NCBI GenBank assembly: GCA_050273025.1
Contig: CP158635.1
Coordinates: 31,248,001 to 31,312,000 of the forward strand
Direction of reading: 5' to 3'
Source of the DNA: Cenococcum geophilum
Lineage: Eukaryota
DNA length: 64,000 nucleotides
In this document: positions 11,691-23,475 of the stretch, in pieces
Numbering within the stretch: the stretch's first letter is position 1
Layout: each line of letters begins with the position of its first letter
Translations under genes and position numbers: made by a program
Notes under the pieces: model-generated
Seen by the model: only the letters and a program-made list of their open reading frames with translations
What the model was told of the DNA's origin: nothing
The model's database searches: none

Positions 11691-14600
11691 TAGTGTGGCT
11701 TAAGGGGTGTGTATAGGGGGGGGGGTATCCTGCCAGGAACCTGATAGGACGGTTAGGAAATACTAGTTTCCTATTAGGAGCCTATCAGGACGATTAGGAA
11801 ATACTAGTTTCCTATTAGGAGCCTAACAGGACGATTAGGAAAATCAAAGATCCTAGTAGGAGCCTGTTAGGAGCCTGTCAGGACGACCAGGACGATTAGG
11901 AAAATTATAATCCTAGCAGGAGGCCTCTAGGATCTTAGCACCCCAATAAAATGCTAATGTAAGAAGACCTAGATATCCCTATAGAATTAAGGGCTCTCCT
12001 ATTTAGTAATAGCTTCTACCTAGCTAGGATCCATTGCTACGCCTTTAGGACTAATAATATATCCTAGAAACTTAACCTCTTATACGCTAAACCTATACTT
12101 CTTAAGGTTTATATATAGTTAATATTACCACAACCTACGTAGCACTTCTAGTACGTAGCGCTAGTATTCCTCTAGATTTTCTAAGAAAATTAGAATATTA
12201 TTAAAGTAGACTATATAGAAGACGTCTACTAGTCCTAATAAGGCTTAATTAATATAGCCCTAGAAGGTCGCTGGTCTGTTAGTTAACCTAAAAGGTAAAA
12301 CTAAATACTTAAAGTGGCTATAACGCGTACGGAACGCTATTTTTTACTTATTGCCCTAACGGATATAAAGGCGGTAATACGCATTTATTAGGTCTAACTT
12401 AGTAAAGATTTTAGAACCTACTAAGCGGTCTAAGGTCTTACTAATTAATAGTAATATAAGACAATTCTTAATCGTTACCTTATTAAGGCCTCTATAGTCT
12501 ATATAAAGCTACAGCTTCCTATCTTTTTTAGGTATAAATAGGATAAGTGCCCTTACGGGACTAGTACTTAGTTAGATCCAGCCTTTAGCTAAAGCGTTAT
12601 TTAAGTACTCCCTTAGTACCTGTAGCTCCTTAACTAAGAGGTTATAAAGCGGTTTATACGGGACCTTCTATTCCTCTTCTAGGTCAATAGCATAGTCGCC
12701 CTAGTAGTATTAGGGTAGCTTTCCTGCTTTCTTATATAAAAAGACATTACTAGCTTCTTTTAACTGTGGGGAAAGAACTAGTAAGCTGCCGTTATCTTAT
12801 TTACTAGGCATTAATCTAGTAATCACTAGGGCAAAGACCCTAGATTCCCTTTAGAGAGACTCCACAAAATCCTTAAGGGTTTATAGCAATAGGGACAAGC
12901 CATCTAGCTTCTATTACTACGCCTTCACCTCGCAGTTAATAAGAAGTTAGGCCTTCTTTAACCCCGGCATACCTAGGGTAATAGTAGGGGATATATTAGC
13001 CATTCTATAGTAGATAAGGGTTACTTCCCTAATCCTACCCTAGCTGTCCTTTATTTATAATAGTACCTTATAGGCTTTATAGCAATATACCTAAGTTTTA
13101 TTTAACTAGAAGTAGGTAGGCAATTCTGCGTTTAGTATTTTAAAGTTATACTCTATTATAAATTGCTAATTAATTATATTTACTTTGGCGCTAAGATTAA
13201 GCATTACTAAGGTCTCCTTCTAAGTCTGCTAGGATAGGACTTCTCCTAAGATAGTAATAGCTTCCTTACAATCTAGTAGTAGCTTACGCCCTACGGGTAT
13301 AAGGGGCTCTAAGGGCGCCTACCTTTTCCCAGCGTAGAGATGGCGTTTACGCTGCTTAGTAGCGGCTACTGTTACTATTACTGCTCCGGGCATTGTCGCC
13401 ACCAATATTCTGGCTTGCTACAATTTTTGTAGTTTCCTTTAGGCTAAGTCGAACCCCTAGCGGTATTACTTCACCCCGCCGTTAAGTCGCCAGCGGTAGT
13501 TTTAAAGTCCGTTTTCCCTAAGTTACCCAACTAGGTGGTCTTTATATTTAAATTCGCGGCGCGCCTATTGCTTTTACTCTATAGGGCGCTTACGCTCTTC
13601 TAGTTTTCCTCTAATAGGGTAGCTAGGAAAACTAGCTAGTCTTAAGTTTAAGGGAATTTTTAATAGTTGGTAATAGCAACCTATAGCTTTGGCCGCAGCT
13701 TCGCGAATAGATATATTATTAAATACTTTACATTATAAAAAGGGTTTATTTACGCTTCTAAGGAGGTTAGGTAAGCAGTAAACTTATTTACTAGTTAATC
13801 GGTTCGCTATATTACCCTTAAATAGGTTAGGGCTATATAGAGTTCTTAATTAATAGGACTTTTAATCTAGTTAAGTAGGAATTCTATAAGCTCCTCCTAG
13901 GTAAACTATATATCTAAATAGTTATCTTTATACTATAGCTAAAGGGTTTAGTTAATCCCCTTTATATATTATATAGTAAACGCGACTTTAGTATTCTTAT
14001 CTATAAAGCCATTACGCTCTAGGCGAAACGCTAGCTTTAAGCTATTATAGAAGTCTTAGTACTCTTATATAGACTTACTATAATATAGAGCAATCTTCTC
14101 TATCTTAACGGCCCGTTTTAACAGAGCGCCTAATATATTAGTAGCCCTCCGCTTAAGGCTTAAATATATTAGGCTACCCCCTAAGTACTTTAATGGGATT
14201 ATTTAAGGTTATAGAGATAGGTTAGGAACGGGAGTTAACGTTACCTTACCGCGTTAACGCCGTTTTAGCACTTCCACCTCTTCTCTAAGTAAGTATAGTT
14301 TTCTTTACTCTAGGAGTTGTAGCTTCTCGTTCTCTAGCCGTTATATTTTTTCCTATATATTCCTTTTACCTATAGCTTCCGGTTCTATCTGGGACGACAT
14401 AGGTTCGCCTATATTATCCTAGTGCCAATCTCTAGTCTTAGTAGTACGCACTGCGCTAGTACGCCCGCGTCTCGCCATTAGGTCAATAGGCTGCGATATA
14501 GTTAATAAATATAGGTAGTCTTCTTAACAGAGGGTTGCTGCTATATAGTTGTAGCCTTAGTAGATCGCTGTGTTGTCGGGCCACTACCTCTAAAAAGGGA

Positions 14601-14838
14601 TAAGAATTTAGAACTATAAGGACGCCAAGGTCCTTAGGGTATATAGTAACATAACAACAGTAGCGGAATGCAATAGGTATCTGGTTCTTAATAAAGTAGA
14701 ACTATAAAACTAAATACTATTGTTCTCTAATGCGGGGCGACTACGTTTTATAGGCGCCTCGCCTGCGCCTCGCCTGCGCTAAGCCGGTTACGGCTAGTAC
14801 GTCTTTATAGCCTAACACTTTTTTAGAGGGGGGGATAA

Positions 14839-15063
14839 TATTACGGCACTAGCAGAAAGCGGTAGTTATAGTAGACGCTATAGTAGACATAAAGCTTATA
14901 TAACTCTTACGTAACTAGGGATTATATATAACTCCTCGCGTTACTACTTATCTTTTCCTTTCCTCTTCTTTAGCTTTAGATTCTCGTTTATAAATAATCT
15001 AATTATATAGGCTTACGCGTCCCTTTTACTATACCCATACCTTAATTAACTAAGTCGCTAATA
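14839..15063 (+). repeat. 3' LTR with PPT of an older + strand LTR element
   Basis: PPT AGAGGGGGGGATAA precedes TATTACGG...GTCGCTAATA. Its 3' half is homologous to the LTR at 15626-15789. Confidence 0.7.
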
Positions 15064-15625
15064 TCTACAAGAAGTTAGATAGAGGTAGTTAGTTAGTTTT
15101 AGTCTAGTTTTATTATAATTTGCCTTACTACTAAAACTTATATACTTCTCTAGGTCTAATTATCTCTAAAATACTATAAGGTAAAAGCTCTTTATCTTCT
15201 CTATCGTCTCTATATTATAGCAATATCGTAGCTCTATTTTATAAGAAGTTAGATATAGTTAGTTAGTTTTAGTTAAAATCTATAAAAATAATTAAATTTG
15301 AAGTCTAACTTATATTCTGCGACAATATATCTTACCCCCTAGTATTCTTAATAGGGGGTTATAATTTATAAATATATAGATATAATTACCTAAAGAATCT
15401 ATTGCATTAATAAAATATATAATAACTCTTATAGTAAGAACGTCGCTTATAGAAATACGCAAGATTTAATTTTTAAAACATTTAAATCTTACTAAAGCGA
15501 CGCCTATAAGCTCTTAGACGCTCTGTAGAGGATTTTATTAGGTGGCAGGGGTGCGTAGGGGGCTAGAATTAGTGCGCTGTTCTAATTGGTCCAGAAGTTA
15601 GCAGGAGGGTCTATGCGCTATCCCT

Positions 15626-15789
15626 TGTCACGGAACAAATCTTTTGCGGAGCGTCTGATTTATGAGATAAGCCGCCCTCCGTCTCCTTTCCTTTCTCTAG
15701 CTTTAGATCCTCGTTTAAAGACTACCAATCGTATAGGCTTGCGCGTCCCTCTTACCGTACTCGTGCCTCGATTGACTGAGTCGCTAACA
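15626..15789 (+). repeat. LTR-like repeat (TGTCA...TAACA), little RIP, no TSD
   Basis: TG...CA ends and similarity to 14839-15063. Flanks TCCCT and CGTAA do not match. Confidence 0.65.
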
Positions 15790-16026
15790 CGTAAGGCCGC
15801 TGCTACGGACGGATATGGCAAATCGGGGTTTTTTATCCTACTGAGGTAGCTTATAGGGTTTTCTTCCTATAAATATACAAGTTTTCCCCTATAATGGAGT
15901 AGTCTGCATAGGCCATAAGGATCCGTATTAGACGTTAATTAAAGAATCTATCTATTTTAAGCCGTTATAGTTAAGCAATTTAGCCGCAAGTATAGGGAAC
16001 ATTTATACTTTTTATAATGCTGCTAG

Positions 16027-16457
16027 TATTGTTCTTGCCGAAATATCGTAAACTCGCGCTAGAGTAAGCCTACGCATTTCCTACCACTATTAAAATAATA
16101 CACCCTATATAGCCCCACTAATATAACTCTATATTTTATAAATAGAAGCCTATTTAATAGCTTTATTCTAGGGCTATAAAATAAGCCCTTATTTATATAG
16201 TTTTGGGCCATTTTAGTAGAGTTATAGGGGGTTAGGTTAGTTAGCGCAGAGCCTTAATTCTAGTTTTATAGCCGTTTTAAAGTGCTATATATAATTCCAC
16301 TAATACTAGTCTAGTTTATATTAATAAGGGCTTACTTTATAGCCCTAAAATAGAGATATTAAATAGGCCTCCGTTTATAAAATATTATTTTTAATAGTGG
16401 TAGGGGATATGCAGGCTTACTTCGGCGCGAGTTTATAATATTTTAGTAAGAACAATA
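16027..16457. mobile_element. Foldback MITE with long imperfect inverted arms
   Basis: 16027-16095 is inverted with about 16390-16457, and about 16130-16200 with about 16318-16385. Confidence 0.75.
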
Positions 16458-17149
16458 AAACGTTACGGAACACCCTTAGACGTAATACAGATGGTGCACT
16501 AGAGTATCTTTTTATTAATAACTTTCCTCTAAAATAAGGGATTTCCCTAGTAGTTTTAGTTAAAACTATATAAAAGTTTATTAGAGGTAAAGTCTTAAAG
16601 GACTAAGACCATTAAAGGGGAGGTAATTATAATAAAATCTCCTTAATAGTATATTAGTTAAAATATAGCTAAATAGATAAAGATTTTATTAATATTTTAG
16701 AGATAATATAATTAGATAAATATGGAGTAAGAGGTTTTACTAATGTCTTAAAAGGGTTATAAAAGAAGCTAGTTCTCCTCTAAAGAAGAACTAGCGATTA
16801 GTCTCTAAATAGAAGAGGTTAGAAAATATTTATCCTTTAAAACGTGAAGCTTGTTCTACCTTCGATTTACCTTCGACTCACCTATGACTCTCATTTAATA
16901 CTATTAATTAGATAATTATACGTTCTAGTTAGACTGGCCTCTTACTAACACTAACCTCTATTACTATACCACCCCCCTAAAACCTAGCAGATAAGGCAGT
17001 AGATAAGCATTCGGAGTATAAATGAACTCTAGAAAGCTATCGCCGACTTCCTAGTACGGGAATTAAGCAGGCACGCGGTGTTAAATATTTTAGTAAAACT
17101 TTGAAGGCTCTTTACTACACCAAAAATGGCACTAACTTCTATATTAGGT

Positions 17150-17260
17150 AATTAAGATATAATTGTATAATCAATATAATTAACTAGAATCAGAGTCGGT
17201 GATTATATAATAATCAGAATCAGGTCAGTGATTATGATTATTTGATTATTGCTATAACTG
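17150..17260. mobile_element. Putative hAT-type terminus with TGATTA/TAATC subterminal repeats
   Basis: The reverse complement starts CAGTTATAGCAATAATCAAATAATCATAATC. RIP-type composition stops abruptly at about 17260. The partner end was not identified. Confidence 0.45.
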
Positions 17261-17366
17261 GCTTGCTCTATGGGAACGGCACAAAAGATAGCAACATTAC
17301 CGGTAGATCAGCATTTATTCCATCATTCGACCTTATAGACTCTTAGTTCTCACAACCCCATAACAA

Positions 17367-19671
17367 TTAAACGATCAGAACCTCAACCCCCGATCCCTCA
17401 AACAATATGTGTCTCATCCGGATAGACCCAACGCCGACTCTTTCATAGGTGTGTTTTTCTCCGCTAACTGGCTTAATAACCAATACATAATGCTCTTGCT
17501 CACCGCTATACCTCAATTGTTTCCTTCCGATGACGACACACCTCAGTCTTTGAATATCCAATCCGTTGTCGTCGTCGAATATCAGCAGTCGTCTTTCGTC
17601 CTCTTTTAGTAAGAACTCTCTTGCCAGAGCTTTCAGTTCAACGCTAAACGCAATGCCGCGTCGACGAAGATAGTCAAGCCCGTTGTGCAGCTTGCTGGTG
17701 GAATGATAGCGGACAGCATGGCTCCACTCCACACTACCCAACGAAATATCCATATAGCTGATATCTCCCTTGGATGCCATCCAAGACCACGATGGCACCT
17801 TTCGATTTGTTGGGTAATTTATCCGTTTCATCCTCGCGTCACCGGACCGTTGCCAAAGCAGGCTTCTATGCAGGTAGCATCCAAAAGCGCCGTACTTTCC
17901 ATCACTGTTGAAAGTCCTTGCAAGTCGTTCCTCCAGTCCGGAGATTGCAATGGATCTGTCAGCCTCTTCTGTAAAGGCTCGCTTTGAATACATTTCAAAA
18001 ATATACTGAAATAGGAGGAACCTACTGCCCGGGGAATAGTCTAGGGCAGATTTCGGAAATCGAGAGTCGGCCATAAAACTTGCTTTCGGACTGTGTAAGA
18101 AGTCAGAGATGTTGGGCCCTTTTTGTGGATCGAGACTTGGAGTCACTGGATGGACTTACTTGCTTATTGTGGTCAGTGTTTCGCATTTAATCCCATCTCC
18201 ACATTCCCAGTATGTCTGGTTTGCAGTGAAATGGATTGTTCGACGCGAGAGGGCTCTTTCTTGCAACGTCCATCCTCGCTGGCTTAGTGCTCCTTCCTCT
18301 ACGTCGCTGCGAAAATCGTCGATAGTTTCGCAAACATAGAGTGGATTATTTAAGGTGCCTGGGAACCAGACACATCGTCTAGCTGGCCGTGGACCAAGAA
18401 ATCCTTCGGTGGAATCCCTAGCGGAAGTAGCGGCAATCGTACAGTAGGCCGAACTGTAGTAGCTTTCCATTCTTTTTGACTCTCTATCCCAGTCCTTCAG
18501 TTTGCCGCATTTGTTAGAGCATCCATTATGAGGCTGAATTATACAAACCGAGTCAATCCAGAGGAATCGTACACCCAGCTCTCGTGTGACGGTCACAGCA
18601 TCTTGAAATGTCTTTGGCAGGTTACCCCAGTCAATGCTCTCACGTCTCTTATTAATATTGCAGATATAAGTGCAAAATTTCCCTTTCTCACTCGGCCCAA
18701 GTTTACCCCAACAATGAGACAGAGCAATGTATCTTCCTCGTTCCATCTGGCGTGTGCAGTAAAGACGTAGCAAATTTGGGTTCTTGTTATATCCCACATC
18801 GAGGACTCTTGTTGGCAGTGGACAATCGTATTTAGGTCGACCACGGGAACTCCGGAGACACCGATGCTCTTCGTTACAGACTCGAAGCCACTCTTGGAGT
18901 AACTTGAAATGGATCGGGCTCCCTGCGGCTGGTAATATGGGAAATCCAATTTGAATACCACTAAATGGGTCTCCAGTCCCTATCCGTAAAGTGGACGATA
19001 AGTTTCTCTACATCAACTCTTTTTTAAAAAAAATTTGGGAAATGGGACAGAATATCCACTTACCTGGGTATGCACAAATCCTAAGAATAGACCGATTATT
19101 ACCAACGATTTTAAAGTTTGCTCCATCGTTGTAAACCCTGATGAGATTCCCACCGCTTCCGCTAGATGACTTGAGAAACTGAAGGAATATATTGCAGAGC
19201 TCACAATGAAATATTGTTCTTTGGAACTCAAAGTAGTGACTCGATTTGTCAATGTTGCGACAACGCGGACATAGTTGAGGAAAGGCCGGAGCTTGAGGTA
19301 ATATCGCTAACCCTTTAAGTTGTTCGAAAATTCGACGGGCGAAAACATTGTCCGCATCGTAGGCCCAGTCATCCTTTGAAAGTTTGTCAAGTCTTCTTCT
19401 TTCTCTTTCATAGCTCTCTTTTTCTTCTTCGTCTTCTCTTTCAAGTCTATATCTTTTAGGATCTTCTTCTTCATCATCTTCATATTCTTCAAAAAGTCTA
19501 TTATATTTAGGATAATAATAATCTTTTTCCTTTCTTTTAATAGGCTCTTCCTTTATCATCAATGGAACATAATTAGCTAAAGAAACCTATGCTATATACA
19601 AATATACCACTTACAGCTGAAAAGGTTTCCTTACAGTGACCGGGAAGATGTTTCAACCTTCTTAATGCCAT
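17367..19671 (-). CDS. HET-domain protein (heterokaryon incompatibility, PF06985/TOL-like), about 695 aa; exons 19671-19615, 19550-19064, 18979-18160, 18090-17367
   Basis: Motifs LPTRVLDV, YIALSHCWG, LPKTFQDAVTVTRELGVRFLWIDSVCIIQ, LSQRGWTLQERALSRR, PSWSW and YERVGVG. Three GTAAGT...AG introns (64, 84 and 69 bp) give a 2088-nt open frame. Exon 1 and the acceptor at 18980 are predicted. Confidence 0.9.
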
Positions 19672-19736
19672 ATTACTGTCTGATTCGAGGATATTGTGGA
19701 AAAGGTAACGCCTATAAGTTTTCCAAGGGTCAGGTA

Positions 19737-19860
19737 TAGGGTGGAAAGTCAACTAACTCAACTCAACTGGAGCCTCAGTTGAGTTGAGTTGAGTTGATGA
19801 TTATATAATCGCAGGCCTGATTGAGTTGATTGATTAACAATTGATTGAGTTGGTGTACAC
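19737..19860. mobile_element. Putative hAT-type terminus (TAGGGGTG...) with TCAAC/GTTGA subterminal repeats
   Basis: TAGGGGTGGAAAG is followed by CAACTCAACTG-gagcct-CAGTTGAGTTG and further GTTGA/ATTGA copies. The partner end was not found. Confidence 0.5.
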
Positions 19861-20460
19861 TAAGTATCAATGGTTAATATTTTGGGTCTTGGTAAGGCAT
19901 TTTAATTAAGAAAACTTACTGCTGCTCTATACACGCCCTTCCTACCCTGATATCGCCCGGCCAGCTATACGAACTCCTTGGCGAGGGGTTAAGGTTCCTA
20001 TTCAATCCTCCTGCTGCTCCTACTGCTTCTGCTGTTCGTACTGTTCCTGCCGTTCCTTATCCTTTTCTGGTCGCTGAAGGTTAATAACCTTCTTATGCTC
20101 TTATAAACCCACTACCAATATGGCCGCGATTGTATCAGGTGAGAGCTGCGTTTATAGTGCCGAAATAGTAAGCCCTGCTTTGCTGAACTACCGTTTAGGT
20201 TCGATCTTCGGCATGACCTTAAGGACGCGTTTTCGTCGGTTAGATAAAGACTAGTAGGCACTAAAATGCTGCCGCGGGTAGACGATAGGTCAGAAATAAT
20301 AGAGGCAGTATTATTTAGTTTGGGCGAAGCTATAGTATTATTAAAGAGGTGGTGGTAAAGGTAAGGGCGAGAAGATTTTAGCCGGGCCGATGTTGTTCCG
20401 AGTAAAAGCATATACCTGAAATACCTTTTAACGTAGTTGATCACCGAACCGTGAAGATCA

Positions 20461-23257
20461 ATAGTATATCCACAGTCGATTTTTGATCGCCAGCAACGCC
20501 ATACTCTCAACACCCGTCGAGCGCTATGCGTAGAGCCTGCTGAGCGCTTTCTACTTGCACTAGAATGGTAAGAATCGGCCGTGGGTTGATGAAGATATTC
20601 GCGTTTTAAGTTGCGCGCCACTACCCTAAAGTACCCCATTAAACTTATACGGCACTAAAATAAGCCCCTAGGGGGCTATAGACGAAGGTTTTAATAGAGG
20701 ACCTCTTAGTATCTTATTAGAAGTTATATATATAACTATTTTAAAGCCTTTCTACCCGCTTAAAGCCATTTATAAAGCTAATCTAGTAAGCACTGTATCT
20801 GCTTCTACCGTAGATTAACCTACTATATAGCCGCTTCCTTGCTAACCTTCTAGACCTACGCAACCTACTTAATCTCCTTAATAACCTTAAGCCGTAGGGA
20901 GTACCATTAAACCTCCTTTTACCAGCCGGCCCGCTATCTACTGCCCTATTTAGAATCTAGCGCTATTATAAAAGGATTGCCTCTTAGCCCTTTGGTCCAC
21001 TTACGCCAAAGGGCCTATACGGAGTTCACTGCGCGGCTTATATAGTATATAGGTAGAGACCTAGACCCGGGCTCTAGCTACGGCTACAGCTGTGGCTGTT
21101 ACGGCAGCGGCGGTGGCGAAGCTATACGGGAAGGAGAGCCTATAGCGCTTACCTGGGCGGACGTATATCTGCTAGATCCTATAATAGATAGAGCTAAAGG
21201 GGCCGCTTCTATAGGCGGACGCGGGGGGTTAGTAGACTAGCTCTAAGGCTATACCGCAGCTGCTACCGCAGCTATAGCTAAAGGGGCTTCTAGTTGAAAT
21301 ATAAGGCCTCTAGACGTTAGTAATTAAAGCTGCGAAGACTAGGCCTACTAGGACTTATCTAGATGGTCTAATAAGCCCTTAACCTCGCTAGCTGTCTGCT
21401 TATATTTAACGCGTAGAGCCTTTAGTTAGTTAGTAAGGAGTAGTATAGCCTAGTAGAGAATCGACAGCTAATTTAGGCTCCCCTCTTTCTATAGGTAGGG
21501 CTCTAAATCCTGCGCAAAGGCCTTATACGCCTTATGCTGGAAGATAGGGTAGCTTTATACTAGATGGCTTAGGAATATCTTATAGAGGGCTACTAAGTCC
21601 TATAGAATAACCTCGCGGAGGTAAAAAAGAAGGTTCGTAACCCCTATAGCGGTAAGGTCATTAATCTAGTATAGCTGCGGGCTAAAACAGCCCTTTTATT
21701 TATCTAGTTTGGGCCATATTATTAATAGCAGTACGTTAAGCGGCGTAATACCCGCACAGTGGATTTTAAAGCAGCCTATCTATAAGGGGTGCCCTACTAT
21801 TAACCTTATAAACTCTTACGGAAGAGAGTTTAAGTAATAGCCTACTATCTACTCTTAGTTCTACCTCCTAGCGCGCCGAATCTGGTCCTTACTAACCCCC
21901 TTTAGCTCCGCCGTCTTAGCGCCAGCGCTCCGCCTAATATACGTCTTCTTCTCTAAGAAGACGCTAATATACTAAAAGGCCTTTATAACCTAATCTTGCT
22001 ACAAGTTATATAAGAGGGCCGCCTCGCGGTCTTTACCGCCCTTAATTAGGCGTATATTATACTATACTAAGCGCCTACTAAAGTCTAGAAACGGCTCTAT
22101 ACTAAGATCCTAGTAGTATAGGAGATAGAAAGCTAGCCCACTAAGTATATAAATAAGCGGCTTTCTGTTCCGTAGGGCCCTAATAGTCTTAAGGCGGCTA
22201 TACTAGTTCTACTTACCTACGCGTGTAGTGAATATTAAGGGCATATAGCGCGTAGGGCCTTTACCCTTAAACTTAAAGGTAAATAGATCTAAGATCTTGG
22301 CGGAGCGTTTATTGCCGCCATAGGTAAGCATATAGTGGCCTAGTAGGATATTAATAAGCGTGCGGAAGTAGCACTCTAGGGATAAAGCGGCGCCCCTAGC
22401 CTAGAGCTTACAGCAGACACTCTAGAACTCGTCCTCGGTATAGCCGTTAAGGAGGGTATCTCTACCCTTATTAGCGAACTACTCTTTCTTATACTACGCG
22501 TCCCTCCGCTATAGCGTCTTTAGGTACTCCCTAACGCTATCCTCCCGCAGAGACAGGTAGCTATTTATTCCTATAGCTTTCTATATTTAATAGAGGTCCG
22601 TTAGAGTGGTAATATAGCTATAAACTAACCGCTACGAGAGCCGCGTTTCCTCTTAGGGTATGTTAATATTGGCTTTACAGCTCTTCCCTTTTAAGGGCCG
22701 GCTTGCAACCTCCTTAATAAGGAAGAGAAGTAGCTTATCCTCTATAACGGTATTGCTGTTATAGTACTGCTTCCGTTTACAGAAGGCCTAGAGCCGGACA
22801 ACGCGTCAGCTATAGGCCGCGATACTTTTAGGAAGGGGGGGGTATTACCTTAAACTCCTTCTACTTTAGATTATATATTAAAGACGTGTTCTTAGGCCTT
22901 GCGGCATACATAAGGGCAAGGATATGCTGCGCGTTAGCGCGTAATTCGGCATTATTGGCGATATTAATCTCTACGCGGTTAGTCAGCGCCATCTTATATA
23001 GTAGGTATAATAGCAGACATACTGCCGCGATTAAGGATAGGTAGGGAGGACTTTTTTATATATACTTGGGGCCTTAATGGCCCTAATTACCCTACGGTCG
23101 GCGTCAATCAGCGGCTTGATTAGCAGGTGGCCCTGGATACGCAAATCTCCTCAGCTTAGCGCTAGTAGCGCTGAGGAGATCCTCAAATCTAACCCAGGTG
23201 ACTAGCTAAACACGTGATTTTTCGGCTGACCGAGGATCAGCCGGGCAGTCAATACTA
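20461..23257 (-). mobile_element. Crypton (CryptonF-type tyrosine-recombinase transposon), RIP-inactivated
   Basis: Relic translation gives GRDTLLNGYT, RTLINILLGHYMLT, GK*N*YSRL..ALRNRKP, KKTYIRRSAGAKTAELKGV..QIRRA and an apparent C-terminal GCR1_C-like LWRKWTKGL. No TIR or TSD. Confidence 0.88.
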
Positions 23258-23475
23258 CCAAACCGTAAACGCATACGGAGGACGGAGCAAAAAGAGATTT
23301 CCCCTTCCTATTTGGGAAAAGCGTGGTTTGGTGCCAAGACCACACCAAATTTTTGACTTCGAGCTTGTAAAAAGCAACTCTATACCGACTTTTTAATAGA
23401 ATCTACTCACTCAATCGCTTGCAATGTCCTCTATATACCCTCTACTATCTTCCCCTACCATCCTTTAAGCCCAAA

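Larger units (their letters stand above)
3685..11959. mobile_element. Non-autonomous DNA element (about 2.2 kb net of nested inserts) with TA TSD, CA..TG-like termini and subterminal repeats; possibly CMC/EnSpm-like
   Basis: TA at 3683-84 and 11960-61; removal restores the RT codons V-F-L-G-F. Ends TATCAG...CTAATG read as RIP-altered CATCAG...CTGATG. CCTGTCAGG/CCTRTYAGGA motifs repeat near both ends. Superfamily assignment is inferred. Confidence 0.7.
1..14817 (-). mobile_element. Gypsy/Ty3 chromovirus LTR retrotransposon, RIP-inactivated, split by insertions; 3' LTR lies left of the window
   Basis: Reverse-complement PPT at 5-16. Chromodomain relic YLVK*KGWLEEYNK* near 1270-1315. Integrase at about 1700-2700 (ORF 2483-2704, KTLDLLSRKYYWP). 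RNase H at about 3150-3500. RT motif VFLGFANFYHRF is split at 3684/11960 and RT continues to about 12800. Protease and gag run to about 14480. Putative 5' LTR 14574-14817 (TGTCGGGC...GCCTAACA). Confidence 0.9.

Noticed and set aside
11164..11716. ORFs of 92-161 aa (ELRV, RASC and LHEA repeats)
   Set aside because: They are artefacts of a 12-bp minisatellite that is open in several frames, with no unique coding sequence.
19008..19063. Shorter intron 2 ending at the AG at 19008
   Set aside because: It leads to an in-frame stop (…DWRPI*). The acceptor at 18980 keeps the frame.
17409..19492. Short overlapping ORFs on both strands
   Set aside because: They are alternative frames of the HET gene exons.
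17150..19860. HET gene as cargo between transposon ends
   Set aside because: The two termini differ in sequence and their element bodies extend away from the gene, so they do not form a TIR pair enclosing it.
20112..20639. 175-aa ORF
   Set aside because: It is chimeric, crossing the Crypton end, the MITE TIR and flanking relic DNA.
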